57,591 nt of DNA, filler included, from Bipalium vagum (GCA_037834085.1; 3 parts of 3 records of this genome joined end to end with filler, not necessarily neighbours in it), one strand, 5' to 3'; shown: positions 1 through 13,391, numbered from the whole stretch's first letter. Notes: generated from the letters alone by a model not told the origin. A program made the numbers and translations.

Positions 1-847
1 TAATATCAATGACAAATGCAAAAGCAAAGGCAGAAGCGATAATAATAATAATTATTATTATTCTTATTCTTTTATGGTTAATATTAATTGAAATTAATTT
101 GCCTTAAATGAGTTCAAAAGCGTACTTGCCTCAGTTTTTAATGATATTTTTCCAAATTTAGTGTGGTAATTTCACTTGGAAATATAGTTATGAAATGGTT
201 ATTGAAGAAATTAATTGCGATGGTTGGAGAATGATTGTGGAAAGTTTTTTTCTCATAAACGAAAATAAATTAATTGTCTTTCCAGCGCCGGAAGATGAAC
301 ATCTTAGTTGTAATTACCAATTTTCAATTACAATATTTGCCAGGCAAATAATGTCGTTTTATAAGTAGATGATAATATTAATTCTGCAAGACAAGTATTA
401 ATATCACTAATTAAAGTGGAATTATTATTTTACTTCATAATTGCATTTTGTTATTATTATCTAACCGTTTTTTCTGCAATAATATTAATAATAATTTGAT
501 TGCCTATTTGTGTTCATTGGCAAATTGTTTGCCGTTTGATCACTCGTTCCTCAAATGATGGATAGTTCCAGATTCGGGGTTTGAAGGAATCTGAAGGGTG
601 GTGGACATTGCCATCATTTTAACTTGAGACGGCAGATACGCGTTTATTATGGTGAAAATATATATTCTTTTTTATTTATATATTTATAACATGAAATCCA
701 GGCCTCTTAGACTGAAGAATAATTAACTTAATTCAGTTTTATCAGAATAAAAATAATAAATAAAATTATTAAGGTGGGCCATCAGTTCTGCAGCACTTCT
801 GCAACATATTAGAATATTATTAATATTAAATCTAATCGATAAATATA

Positions 848-2108
848 ATAGGAGTACCCACAAGTTATCAATTATTTAAGTGGCAAAACAAAAAAATAAT
901 TTAAATACATGTATTCTATTTTTAATCGATTATATTGTTTCCATCATTGTCTAGGACCTTTTGCTATCTTGTTGGTAGAGTTTCAATTCCCCGGCCGTAA
1001 AATTCTGTTTCCTTTGAAGAGAAATATGATTCTAGGTGAGTTCGAAAATCATCGGCATTTTTGAAATTTTGATTCTTCAGGAAATGTTCCATGGACCGGA
1101 ATAAATGAAAATCCGATGGCGCTATGTCTGGAGAATATAGTGGATGTGGAAAACTTCCCAGTTTGGCTACCTTTTTTTTTCTTTGATTAATTTTGCTGCA
1201 TGAGGTCTTGCATTATGATATTGCAATATAACCCCTTTTCTGATAACGAAACCTGGTCATTTTACGAACAATTGGTTTCGTAATCTACCCAATTGTTGGC
1301 AATAAAATTCAGCCGTAACTGTTTCGCCTGATTTCAATAGTTCAAAATGAATTATACCACCACAGTCCCACAAAACGCACAGTAATACCTTCTTTAGAGT
1401 GAGGGATAGTTTTGGAATGGATACGGCTAGTTGATTTGGAGAAAGCCATTGCTTGTTGCGCTTTTTGTTCTTGTACAAAACCCATTTCTCGTCACCAGTA
1501 ACAATCTTTCTTAAAAACCGATCATTTCTTTGTCTGCACAAATGAGATGTGCAAACTGTACGCCGTTGATCTTTATTCATCTCCGACAATAGATGTGGAA
1601 CCCATATACCCTGCCTGTAAACCTTCCAGATTTCTTTTAGATGTTTTTGAACTGTTGACCAAGTAGTTTTTGCTATTTCCTAGATACTCATTTTGGGATT
1701 CGTTTCCACCAGTGCTATTAGAGCGTCTTTATCAAACTCTACCGGGCGTCCAGTTCGTGCGCTTTCAGACACACCAAAATAACCCTTCGAAAATTTTCGA
1801 AACCAATGTTGGCACGTTGACTTTAATACGTCTCCATAAACATTACAAATCTTCTTTGTTACAACAGTTGCATTAACACCCGATCGAAAATAAAATAGTA
1901 TGCAATGACGTAAATGTTCGTCACGTGGTTGATTCTCCGCATTTTATATCAGAATATTAAAATCGTTTGAATTAAATTATAATCAATATCCAAGGTCAAT
2001 GATTGTAATTTAAATTTATAAAACACTTGTTTATATATTCAGAGTCTGAGCTAAAATGAAGCAAACACTGCATAGTAAAAATAATTGATTACTTATGGGT
2101 ACTCCTAA
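848..2108 (-). mobile_element. Full-length (~1.26 kb) but inactivated mariner (DD34D) transposon with ~30-bp TIRs and TA target duplication
   Basis: Left TIR ATAGGAGTACCCACAAGTTATCAATTATTT (848-877) matches the reverse complement of AAATAATTGATTACTTATGGGTACTCCTAA (2079-2108), with TA on both sides. The minus strand reads HLRHCILFYF...CQHWF, WVPHLL, IVTGDEKWVLY and HPLYSPDIAPSDFHLF. It has frameshifts and stops, and the second catalytic D is replaced by H (QYHNARPH). Confidence 0.95.
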
Positions 2109-2989
2109 TATTTGTGCACTGCTTGTTTAAATATTCTGAGTAAGATCGATACTTTTTAAAGGAGTAAGGTAAAAGACAACAGAGCTTAAGAAAAATCAAT
2201 GAAAGATTTTTGGTTTTAAAAATTATAAATAAACTACTTTAAGTTATTTTTATACATTTTATATTATATTAAATCTTGGAGTTTTTTTACAATTCTTATA
2301 GAATAATAAAAGATATATTTTGTCTTTTTAATCGTAGTAAAAAGGAGTCAATTTATAAGATAATTTATACTTATTAATTTTATATATTTATATAAATATA
2401 TATTTGTATATAATAATATACAATAATATATAATAATATATAGTATGCGTGGTGCTAGCGTAATTTGTATATTATTTGTATATATTATTATTATTATTTT
2501 ATTTATTTATTTATTTCTTTTTAAATTTTTTTTTAAAATTTCATATTTAAAATAATTAATTAGTTATTTTCATTAATTAATTATAGAATAATATGTTTTA
2601 ATTATTAACATATCATTAACACATTTATGCAAGATTTTAAAAATAAAATTAAAATTATCTAAATGTTTTTTGTCAAAAATTTAAAAATTATTCTTTAATA
2701 ATCAAACATTTTACTTATTATATATTTTAATTGAAAAATAAATGTATTCCTATTTCATTAAAACAAATAAGAGAAAGAAAAAATATAAAATAATCTGCTA
2801 ATAATTATTATAAATGGAGAATTTAAACAAATTAAATAGTTCCAAAAAAGTCAATAATTTACAAAAGTAAATCAAAAAATTATACTATTATAAAAAAAAA
2901 TAATACAAAATATTTTTGAAAATTCGTAGTCATCAAAGCCATTGATCTTACAAATAGAAAATAAGTACGTTAAAAAAGGTATGCTAAAT

Positions 2990-3200
2990 GATTTCTGAAT
3001 ATTCTTCTGCAATCTGGAGAGAAACAATAACCGTGCATTATGCTTAGTTTAAGAGATCAAAATGTGAAATAAAAAACGGAAATGGAGTTATTCCTTAACA
3101 GGATTATGTATAACGAAAACCACAAAGAAGACAGAAAATTATCGACTTCAGCTGGGAACTTTATTTTCATCCTCCTTACAGTCCGGAGATTAAACCTTTC
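2990..3200 (+). mobile_element. Mariner transposase C-terminal fragment
   Basis: Reads ...QKIIDFSWELYFHPPYSPEIKP, a degenerate WEVLPHPPYSPDLAP motif. Confidence 0.7.
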
Positions 3201-3317
3201 TTCATCATCTGTTGTTGATAATCCAATATTTTCTTGTTACGTTAGAGAAGTTAGTTTCGCATATGAAGCTGTAAATATTGCCATTCAAGAATTTTACGAT
3301 TCCAGCCAGTAAATATT

Positions 3318-3934
3318 TATAAAGATGATAACATGAAATTACTTTTTAAAAGGACTTCCATTGTAGAAAGTAGTGACTATGAGTTTAATTACTATATTTG
3401 TTCTGTCATTTGCTGTTTACAGTTTTATTGAAAACGTTATTACTCATATGTCAACCTTATAATTACTAAATCAAAGTTACCGTCTTTGAATCGATTAAAC
3501 CAGTTCTGACATGTTCTTTCTCCTAAGGCATGACTGGCTTAAGCATCTATCATTAATTTATGTGCATCACTAGCATTTTCCTTTAAATGAAATAGAAAAA
3601 CTAATGTTTCCCTCGCATATGTAACTTCATATAAAGATGATAACATGAAATTACTTTTTAAAAGGACTTCCATTGTAGAAAGTAGTGACTATGAGTTTAA
3701 TTTATATATTTGTTCTGTCATTTGCTGTTTACAGTTTTATTGAAAACGTTATTACTCATATGTCAACCTTATAATTACTAAATCAAAGTTACCGTCTTTG
3801 AATCGATTAAACCAGTTCTGACATGTTCTTTCTCCTAAGGCATGACTGGCTTAAGCATCTATCATTAATTTATGTGCATCACTAGCATTTTCCTTTAAAT
3901 GAAATAGAAAAACTAATGTTTCCCTCGCATATGT
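3318..3934. repeat. Tandem duplication of a 305-bp unit (3318-3622 and 3630-3934) with a 7-bp spacer
   Basis: Offset 312. The copies look identical by eye except TTAATTACTATAT versus TTAATTTATATAT. The spacer is AACTTCA. Confidence 0.95.
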
Positions 3935-3959
3935 TGTTTTTCAGGTACAAGTTCCATCA
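3780..3959 (-). mobile_element. Mos1-like mariner transposase N-terminal fragment (partly duplicated at ~3470-3622)
   Basis: MELVPEKQHMR/ETLVFLFHLKENASDAHKLMIDA*ASHALGERTCQNWFNRFKDGNFDL resembles the Mos1 N-terminal HTH region. Confidence 0.85.
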
Positions 3960-5190
3960 TCTAAAATGAAAATCATTAAGTTATTTATAAACGAGTTTAC
4001 AAATTATTATTTTTATAGATAGCGCTGAAAATGTATATTATTTAAACAACAATATAATTTAAATTATAACTAATAAAAATTATGAAAAATAAAAACGGCA
4101 AAATCAAGGTTGTAGACCTAATATATAAAAGATTTAGAAACATTTTTTATTTAATGGTAAATCTTTATTTCATCTCGAATTTATGTCTTAATTAATTTCA
4201 TACAATTTCACATATTACCCAGAGTCACGGAAAACATAATATAGAGAATATTTCATTTTATAAGAAATGAAAATATACCATCATATAAAATATTATGAGG
4301 AGAAATAAAATTCATCAAAGAAATATTTTTATTTCTGTGGCTTAATTTAACAAAAAAAATCTGTCTATTTCAAATTAAGATTCTGGTTTCCGTTTATGAG
4401 AAAATATTAGACATAATTCCAAATTTCAATAAAATATTCTCAACAAGAAGATAAATAAAAATAGCAAATGGCATCAATTTAAACAAAATTTCTTCAAAAG
4501 TCAAAAATTAGAAAAAAGTTTGGAAATTGTTTTATGTACAATTTAAACAAAATTTAATTCAGAATTTTTATTTTTATATTTTTATAATAATATTAATTTT
4601 TTGTTTTAATTTTAGAAAATTTCAATTTAAAATAATTATTATTGACCTATTTATACTTTTCATTTTCATTTTCTCTTTTATTTGTTTTAATGAAAAACCA
4701 AAAAATAAAAATATCTTCGTTTGACAGTAAAAATAAATAAAACTCTTCACTATTCGTAAATTTTTCAATTGAATTTTGACATAAGCCACATATTCATATT
4801 AATGAGTTTTGTATGAAATTATTATTATATAATTCTTTTTTATTTTTGCGCACTTTTCAATTGAAATTCACAGAAAAAGTTTTCGCTCGTTTTATCTGTT
4901 TTTTTCAATATAATGAATATTTCTAAAAATTTTATTTGTTGTAAAGGAATAAAAGAGCTCAATTTTCACGCTGTTATGATTATATTAATTTTGGATTTGA
5001 TTAAATTATTTTTCTGAAATTATAAATTGTACACATTGCAAATCCATTCTCATTGTAAAATGTTTAATCAATTTCATAAAACAAAACTTCTTGACGAGAA
5101 CATATGTAAGACAGACCTAGCCAAATTCATATTAACAGTTTTAATGGTTTTTATATGTTTTTTCAAAATTTTATTTATTATTATATTATA

Positions 5191-6009
5191 TATTGGTTGT
5201 ATCAAAATCGAGCAAATAAACGTGATGCCTGTCAATTTTCTATGAAAATATTAATTTTTTTGTTTGAATAAATAATGAGAAATATTTTAAATTTGTATGA
5301 ATTTTGATTTGAAAATTGATTTAATCTGATATTGTTTTGACAATGGAAATACCCTTAAAGCTGAAATTAGGGGAATTAAACGCCAAAAAGTTTAATTAAA
5401 GACCCATGATGTAGTTCTTCATTATCTAAATTTGTGAAAAAGTTTGAAGAAACTAAAAGTGTTGTCAAAATACCTTATGGGCGGTGTTTTTTAGATAATG
5501 AACTTAAAATCAACATTAAATGTTGAATTACTATCGGAAGATTACAACGAGAAACTAATATTCCAACTGCTTCTGTTAAATCAATTGTAAAAGAAGGAAT
5601 GTTAAAATTGTTTAAAATCCAACTGCTTTGCGGGTTGAAATCACATGAATGTGGTCGATGAGTTAAAATTGGCCGGACCTCGTTCACCAGATCTCACACC
5701 GATTGATTATTGGTTTTGGGGTGCTCTGAGGCAAAGATTTTCGATTACCAGAAGCCAAAGAATCTACTTGAAATTAAAAAAAACTTAATAATATTCTTTT
5801 TTACTACCACAGAGATGCAAACTGTAATATTTTCCCTCTCCTGAAGCACTAAGTTAATGTTATTTGTAAAAGGAAATCATTTCGAGAATATAATACATGA
5901 AAAACTGTTGTATTCCATTTAGTGTATTTATTATTTGCTATTAGTAAAATATTTTATTGTCCATTTTTTTCCTTATTTACTTTGTTCCTTGGTTTTGGTA
6001 CAACCACTA
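5191..6009 (+). mobile_element. Internally deleted Tc1/mariner-superfamily element (rosa/DD41D- or Tc3-like) with TIRs
   Basis: TIRs TATTGGTTGTATCAAAATCGAG and the reverse complement of CTTGGTTTTGGTACAACCACTA. Internal peptide PRSPDLTPIDYWFWGAL at ~5678-5728. Confidence 0.8.
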
Positions 6010-7169
6010 TATATGTTTAATATTTATATTGTATTCTTTTTAAACTTAAAATTCATTTGGTGATAGAGAAGTATCTGGTTTCCATTATCAGTCTAATAAA
6101 TAAACAATGAAAAGTACACTTTGTATTTCCAAGATTAGGTCTTCATTGAAATGTTCAAATTGTTCCTACTTTGCCTTCCATAAAGAATTGGAAGATATCT
6201 CTCCTCAGCGCCTCAAGCCGCTGAGCTTTCAAAATGGATCAGATTTTCAATTTAAATGTTGATGGAAATTCAATCCACTCTTCAAAGTTATCAGTAAATA
6301 GTTGATCGGAATAAAATGATTTCTGTTTCAGCTGCAATAGGAGAATGTTGTAGAAATAAGTCATCACCGCCTTTAAAGCTTAATAAGCTGAAATAATATT
6401 AATAATATAAATGTTACCGATTTTTGTTGATTAAATAATTCTACTAAGGTCTCTCTTATAAGGTTACTTTTTAACCATGTACAAATGCTGTATGGTAAGC
6501 ATATTCAATGTGTATTACTGTAATGAAGGAAAGGTGAAGCGTCTTCTAAAATTAATGTCCATATATAGTACCCTCAGTGTGATTTAACATATCTTAGGAA
6601 TTTTCAAATAATAATATTAATAAACAAAAAAGAAATATAATAACAATAAAATATTATATAAATGAAATATGAAGAAATATTATGTAAAAAGAAATTATAA
6701 AAAGAAGTCTTATGCTTAAAAATCATTATATTTTTTATTATTTATCTATTTTCCCTCTTTTTCCCATTTCTAAAGAAAAATAATTTCCAATTAAATAGTA
6801 CTGTAAAATAATTTTTATTAAATATTTTTAATTTGCAGACTAATATTTTCAATAAATCATTTCCCTTTTTATCCATTTAACGGAAACCTTTTCTATTCCC
6901 CTCCTGTCTCTCTCAAAATTAATTAGTATAATTATATTAATTATGAATCCAAATTCATAAAAATGACTGAGGTATTTATGATGAAAAATATTCGAAAAAT
7001 TACATGTTTACGTTTCTGGATAAAATCCGTTATTTTATGCTACTTTCAAAAGATTTACCTTGGCAGCGATAAGTATGGGGATTATGCATATATTCTACCG
7101 CTCTCAATTTAATAAACATATAAACCAATAAGTATATAAGCCAAAACATGTTTACAATAATAACAAACA

Positions 7170-7600
7170 TAGTTACTTAGCTATATATTCTCATCCATTA
7201 TTTATGATCTCTTCACAACGACGAGTTAGCTTTTCGATTCCTCTTTTGAAAAATTCACAGTTTTTGATCAAAGAAGGTCGTCGAGTCAATTTTTCATTTT
7301 TTTATATGATCTTGAAAGGAAATTCCATTTAAAATGTTTGACAGGGATCGGTAGAGATGAAAGTCTGTAGGAGCGAGATCAGGCGAATATGTCAGATGAA
7401 GCAGAATTTCCCAACCGAGTTTCTCAATGACAGATTTTGTCAGTTTAGCAGTATGCGGTCGAGAATTGTCATGCAGCAAAATCACTTGATGTTGACTTTC
7501 ATGTTGTTTATTACAAATTGCGGCTTTGTATTACAATTGTTGGGACGATATGTGAGATTATTGATATGTTTTTCTTAAGTAATTTATAATGAATATGGTC
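7170..7600 (-). mobile_element. Mariner transposase C-terminal fragment
   Basis: ORF 7294-7485: ILLHDNSRPHTAK...GWEILLHLTYSPDLAPTDFHLYRSL. Confidence 0.9.
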
Positions 7601-7966
7601 TGTATTAAAATATCCATTGCATTTAAACAAATAAACATCTAATAAACATTTTTTCCTACGATCAAAAAAATTAATAAACTATTTAGAAAATATTGGAGAT
7701 TCGAAAAACGTGAGAGATAACATTTGGTTCAGTATTATCTTTTCTGCGTTGAATTTGTGAAGAACTCATTATATCAATGAAATATATAGAAAATTTTAAA
7801 TATATATCAAATCTTAAAAGTCTTGCGGGGAACTTAAAAGAAACGTCTGACATAAAAGAAACAGAAAATTGGCTACAATTTCATATAGACGATGTACAGT
7901 TTATTCAAGGTAAGACATATTTGACAAAAGTTCATTACTTAAATACTTAAATAAGCAAAGTTAAGA

Positions 7967-8002
<36 letters not shown>
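7967..8002. repeat. (TTA)n microsatellite
   Basis: Pure TTA run read directly. Confidence 0.9.
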
Positions 8003-8003
<1 letters not shown>

Positions 8004-10260
8004 TTTTCTCCTTGGTTCTAATAAAAAATATTCTTGAATAATTGATAGTCAGGGAAAAGATATTTCTCTTGTGAACATAACGAAATAAAAACAATCGAAT
8101 TACAAAAATCATCCTTGTCTAAAGGAAAGGTGTAATTCTCCAATTTGATAGAGCCAGACCACATGATGCAAGAAATCCAAATTTTACACAATTAGTTCCA
8201 GATATTCAATATCATTCTCTATACCCATTTGACTTTCTGGGTCTGATTTGGATTCTTTCAAATCTTCGTAAAAATATCCTAATAATTTAAATTGAAAGAG
8301 ATCAAAGGCTGACGAAACATGTTGAATTCCCAATGCATAATCCGAGGTGATCTGGCAAGCTGGGTGGAGATTAATTTGATTAAATGTCGTTGGTTATTTA
8401 AACTTAAATTAGGATCCTAAAGATCTGTTAAAGAATATAGAACTAAATATATTTTCCATATGATTCTCTTTTAAAATACGTATTTTGTCATCTCAAATGA
8501 GCAAAGTTTCAGGAATTTCACGGGTAGTAACATTTAGCTTATCTTTTGAGTGTAAAAGGTAGTTCGGTTCTCTTTTTTGGCAAGTCAAAAATGTATTTAA
8601 AAATAGTTTGGCTGGCGGTTCAACATCTTCGGTAATCCCAGACCTTGTATCAATAATCTTCTGTCATTTCCATTCACTGTCTAATCAAATGAAAGATATT
8701 ATTTTTAAGAAGAAGGCCTAAAAAGTGATTTATCTATTTCCTTTTGAATAGATCGAGGGATCTAAACCAGATTCGATAAACTAGAAAGATGGAAAAAAGA
8801 CCTACATTAAAAGAGAAATTACATAATCGATTTATTTCTCATTATTGTTTGAAAATAAAAATTTTTATTGCTTATAAATTGCTTATAAAAATTTTTGTTA
8901 CAAACTAATATTTTACATGTTCTTTTTCGGAGATTTTTTATATTGATGTTTGTTACTATAATGTAAATTTTTTATGTTATTAGTTACTGCTAAGTTATTA
9001 GTACTGTCGGTATTATTTAAATTCATAAATCAAAAATGAGAATATTATTTATTTTACATTAAAAAATTTTGTTATTTTTTTTCAAAGTTATCTCCTTTAA
9101 TTTAATATTTAAACAAATTATTTTTTCTGATATATTTTTAAATAATATCAATTAAAAAAACTAAATTAATTAAGTTAAATAATTTTATATAAATATCGTA
9201 TAAAAATTCTTTTAATATTCTTTACACATTCTAATTCAACTTAAAAAAATAAAGAATTAAATAATAATTAAATATTGTGAAAAAGAAGAGTAAGTTTATT
9301 TCTCTTTTAAATAAATGATATAAAATAATCAAGAATTAGCGATAATAATAATAATAATAATAATAAATAAAAATATTTCTTAAAATATTATTTAAATTTG
9401 GCTCGTTATTTCTTTGCATTTAAACAATAGATTGAAGACTATGTAATAATTTCTGTCTAAAAATAAGAATAAAAAATTGAAAATTAATTAACTTAAAATT
9501 CACGTTTAATCATAAATTCATACATAAGAAAATGATTTATTCTTTGACAAAAGCTCGGAAGGAAAACTTTCTTATGACTTACAAAGAAAAAATATTTTAA
9601 ACAACTATTTTAAAGGAAATTAATAAATATTTAAAGCCCGTACATCTGATATTATGTGTAAAACAATGTATTCAAAGATCTCTTAAAGAAATAATCGGGG
9701 ATTTCCTGACAGAGGATATTTCCCATTAAATCGTAAGGAACCCGAATAACAAAGTAAATGGTAGTTTTAATTAATACATCAAATCCGTAGAATAATATTT
9801 ATCGAAATTTGATCACAATAATGACACCATGGTCTTTATTTCTTTTACTTCCCCGTGATTGTTCAACATATCATTTCTATTTCCCTTCAATTTTTCCGTA
9901 AAATTGTTTTCTTAAGGTTTCATTGAAAATTGTAAAATATTTCTCCTATTACAATAATTCTCCACAGGTAGAAATAGATTAAGATTAACACACAAGTATA
10001 ATATTTAAAATAAAAAATGTATTTTTTCAATTAGTACTTGAATTTATTTTGTTTTCTCTTCCTTATTATTTCTTCATATTAAAAATAATATAAAAATAAT
10101 ATATAAATATAAAATAAAAAGATTATCGGTTATCATGGTTTTAAAATAACTGGAAATAAATATTTCTTTTATTTTTCAAAAATGATTATTTTTATCGATT
10201 AATAATGAAAACAAAGTATAAATATGATATCATTTGTAGATAATCGATTATAATATTAAA

Positions 10261-10320
10261 ATTAACTGAAGAAGATCTCAATGAAAGATCGAAACACGTT
10301 TCAATATTGTATAAAATAAA
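10261..10320 (+). ncRNA. Minimal type I hammerhead ribozyme motif of Penelope-like-element type, probably decayed
   Basis: The core CTGAAGA (10266-10272) is followed by an extra A, stem II GATCT-caatgaa-AGATC, GAAA (10291-10294), a minimal stem III C-AC-G and a GTT cleavage triplet (10298-10300). Stem I ATTAA/TCAAT pairs at 4 of 5 positions. AATAAA follows at 10315-10320. Confidence 0.65.
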
Positions 10321-10636
10321 TTTGTACGTGCAGAAATGTTTTATAAAATGCAGGTACTTAAAAAACAATCATATTGTTTTCTGTAAAGCAAAAATGATAT
10401 ATTTTTATGTATATTCACAATAAAAATTTCAATTCTTATTATAATATTTATATTAATAAATAAATTTTTATAAATAAAAAACATTTAAAATTCAAAAATT
10501 GTTAAAAGATTATTTTTTAAAAGAATTTTACATCAGTGGTTCTTATATCTCTGGTCTCCAGTTAAACCAATGCTAGCCCCCAATCCTTATAACATCGACA
10601 AAAATGAATTTTCCCATTTTATTACAGAAATTAATT

Positions 10637-10792
10637 NNNNNNNNNNNNNNNNNNNNNNNNNNNNNNNNNNNNNNNNNNNNNNNNNNNNNNNNNNNNNNNN
10701 NNNNNNNNNNNNNNNNNNNNNNNNNNNNNNNNNNNNNNNNNNNNNNNNNNNNNNNNNNNNNNNNNNNNNNNNNNNNNNNNNNNNNNNNNNNN
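10637..10792. other. Assembly gap (N run)
   Basis: Run of n. Confidence 1.
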
Positions 10793-11841
10793 TGTATAAT
10801 TTTTTCTAGTATTTCTTTGAATTTTGGTTTCAAAGAAAAGGGAAAAAGTATGTTAAATTCAAAATTTTTTTTCAAACTTGAATAAACATGTTATTTTACG
10901 AAGACTAAGAGTAACTGGAAGGAAGATCTACCACTGGCTGGAAGATAAACGTTTTTGAATTCATCAAAGATGAGTGATAAATCTGTTCAGCTTTTAATGG
11001 AATAAATATATTTATATACTTAACCTTAATATTCTTAACAGTTAGATCTTTGTTATGTATCGTTTTATTAGATCTTTTCAGATTACTGGCACATAGGGCA
11101 GATATTGGAAGGGCTTTTATTAGAGGAAATGTTAAGTACATTAATATTCTTTTTTCCCTATTATATGACCTGGGGATATTTTGGAAAACCTCAGAATTTT
11201 GTAAACAATTTTAGAAATGTTAAAACAACATTCAATATGAATGAACTCAAATTTTATAAATATGAGAAATGTTTATCATTATTATTATATGTTTCGATTT
11301 TTAGATATTAAGTATTGTTTACAAGACAATTATTTATGAAAATTAAGTTTGATAAATCTAAGGAGTTTCAACGAGCAGGGGTACCTGATTGAATTCATTA
11401 AGTTTATCTTCACGAGAATCTTCTGTTCAGGATGGGTGAGAAATATCAACTGTTATTATTTTAATAAATATAATTATTGTAATCTTGTTCAATTAATCTC
11501 TAATTTGCGTTATTTTTTGTGTAGTCCACTTTATTACATTAAAAAAACAAAAAATAGTATAATAAAAGATTATTATCCTATTATCTTTCTAAAAACTTTT
11601 TAGATTTAATACTTTTAACTTAATTTGTTGTCTCATAAATTCATATCTTAAAATTGGCGCTTTAAGGATATTATTAAAACTAACTTTTAAAGTTAAATTT
11701 AAAATTAAAGTATTATTATTAATTAAAACTTATTAAAGTAAAAGTTTTAAAGTACTAAAAGTAAAGTATTAAAATAATTTTTAAAATCAAATTAATGATC
11801 ATAGAATTTTTAAGAAATTAAAAATAATAATTAAAAATAAT

Positions 11842-12475
11842 TAGGGTTATGCAGGAATATATAGAAAAATTTTCAGAAATATATAATGGAAATGTACACT
11901 AAATAAATTATTGTCTCGCCAAGGTTTTTCTATAAACCGCCTCATGTTGCGAAAATAATCACTTAAATCTAAATCGTTATGCATGAGTACTTGAATAATC
12001 AATCGCCCCGATCTATAATGGTTCTTATAAAGAATGATACAGTATTTGCGAATTGAAGATGAGGCGAGTATGGTGGCAGAAATCTGTAAGCAATACCTTT
12101 TTCTGTCAGCAACTTAATAAGATCTTTGCGTTCATGGAACCTGCAAATGTCCATCACCAATACATACCCAGGATTTCTATCGAAATGATGGCATAGCTTG
12201 TCAATAATAAAGTCCATTGAAAGATCCGTCTTTGATTTCGAAGCATAAAATGTCTGTAAATTTGATTTAATAAAAAACAGATGACAAAACAATGAAACCT
12301 GATATCTTAATAGCAACTGTGCAGCTGATATTTTTGGCTGACTAAAATGTGATCAAATTTAAATAGAAAAAATTGAATTTTTTTTCTATATATTTCTGAA
12401 TAATTTTCTATATATTTTTGCATAGAATTATATATATTTTGAATATTTTTATATATATATTTCTGCATAAACCTG
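11842..12475 (-). mobile_element. Internally deleted IS630-like/Tc1-superfamily (DDE_3-type) element with repeat-containing TIRs
   Basis: ORF 11999-12316 contains YVLVMDICRFH...YRFLPPYSPHL. Termini are TAGGGTTATGCAGGAATATATAG and TATATATTTCTGCATAAACCTG-TA, with subterminal ATATATTTYTG repeats. Confidence 0.8.
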
Positions 12476-13345
12476 TATATTTCCTAATTTTGAAATACGA
12501 AAACTTTCAATTTGTTTGAATATGACGATATAATGGAGCGAGATTCAAAAATCGATCAAAAGACAGATTTTGAAAAAGAATTTACAAATAAGAGTTATTG
12601 TAAAGTTTTTATTATGACTGATGATTTAGTAATTACTGAAAAACACATTTGATGAATTAAGTCATTAATTTTTAAATGAAATAATAACAGTTAATGTTCT
12701 TGATTAATTAATTAAAACTTCTAGACAATTATATCATAAAATCAGTTTCAATTATTAAACCTAATTATAAAGATATTATTATAATTTTCTTTGACTATAA
12801 ATTTCGTCTTTCTATATTTAGATATATAAAATCTGAGTAATTAAATTAATAGACTTAATTTAATTTTCTAATCTATTTTTCATTATTTTATGAATCACTT
12901 TAATTAGGAATTTATTGATTATTCTTTCTAAATTTTATATTAATATTTTTTTAAAAATTTTTACTGGGACGATTATTAAAAAATAAAATGATATTTACTT
13001 TATAAAAAAATAATTGTTTTCGTATCATTTCAATATTCATCCATTTTAAGTGAAAATTTTCTGTGAAAAGAATTTACAAAAATATGCATGTTTCACTAAA
13101 CTGAAAATAAATAATTGAGTGGTTTCGGAGTTACTATAACATGGAGAACCATAGAGTATTGGAGCATTCTGAAGTGATCTCATGATATCGTAAAGTAGCT
13201 TTAAAATGTTATATGATGAATATGTGGATTTTTATTCATTTATAAAACGATTTTGGAAATGATTTCTGAATTAAAAAAAAATAATAAATAAATATTATTA
13301 TTATTATTAATATTAATAATATTATTAATATTATCAATATTATTA

Positions 13346-13350
<5 letters not shown>

Positions 13351-13391
<41 letters not shown>
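13351..13391. repeat. (TTA)n microsatellite
   Basis: Pure TTA run read directly. Confidence 0.9.

Noticed and set aside
7777-7909. Short frame MKYIENF...DVQFIQ ending at a strong gtaag donor, as a UBXN11 5' exon
   Set aside because: It shows no similarity to UBXN11 N-terminal motifs and cannot be linked in phase to the 18324 exon.
12612-12655. Second hammerhead candidate CTGATGA-TTTAGTAATTACT-GAAA
   Set aside because: Stem II lacks the closing G-C pair, and stems I and III do not pair convincingly.
13169-13196. CTGAAGTGATCTCATGATATCG resembling the 10266 hammerhead
   Set aside because: Both core boxes are broken and the match is short enough to be chance.
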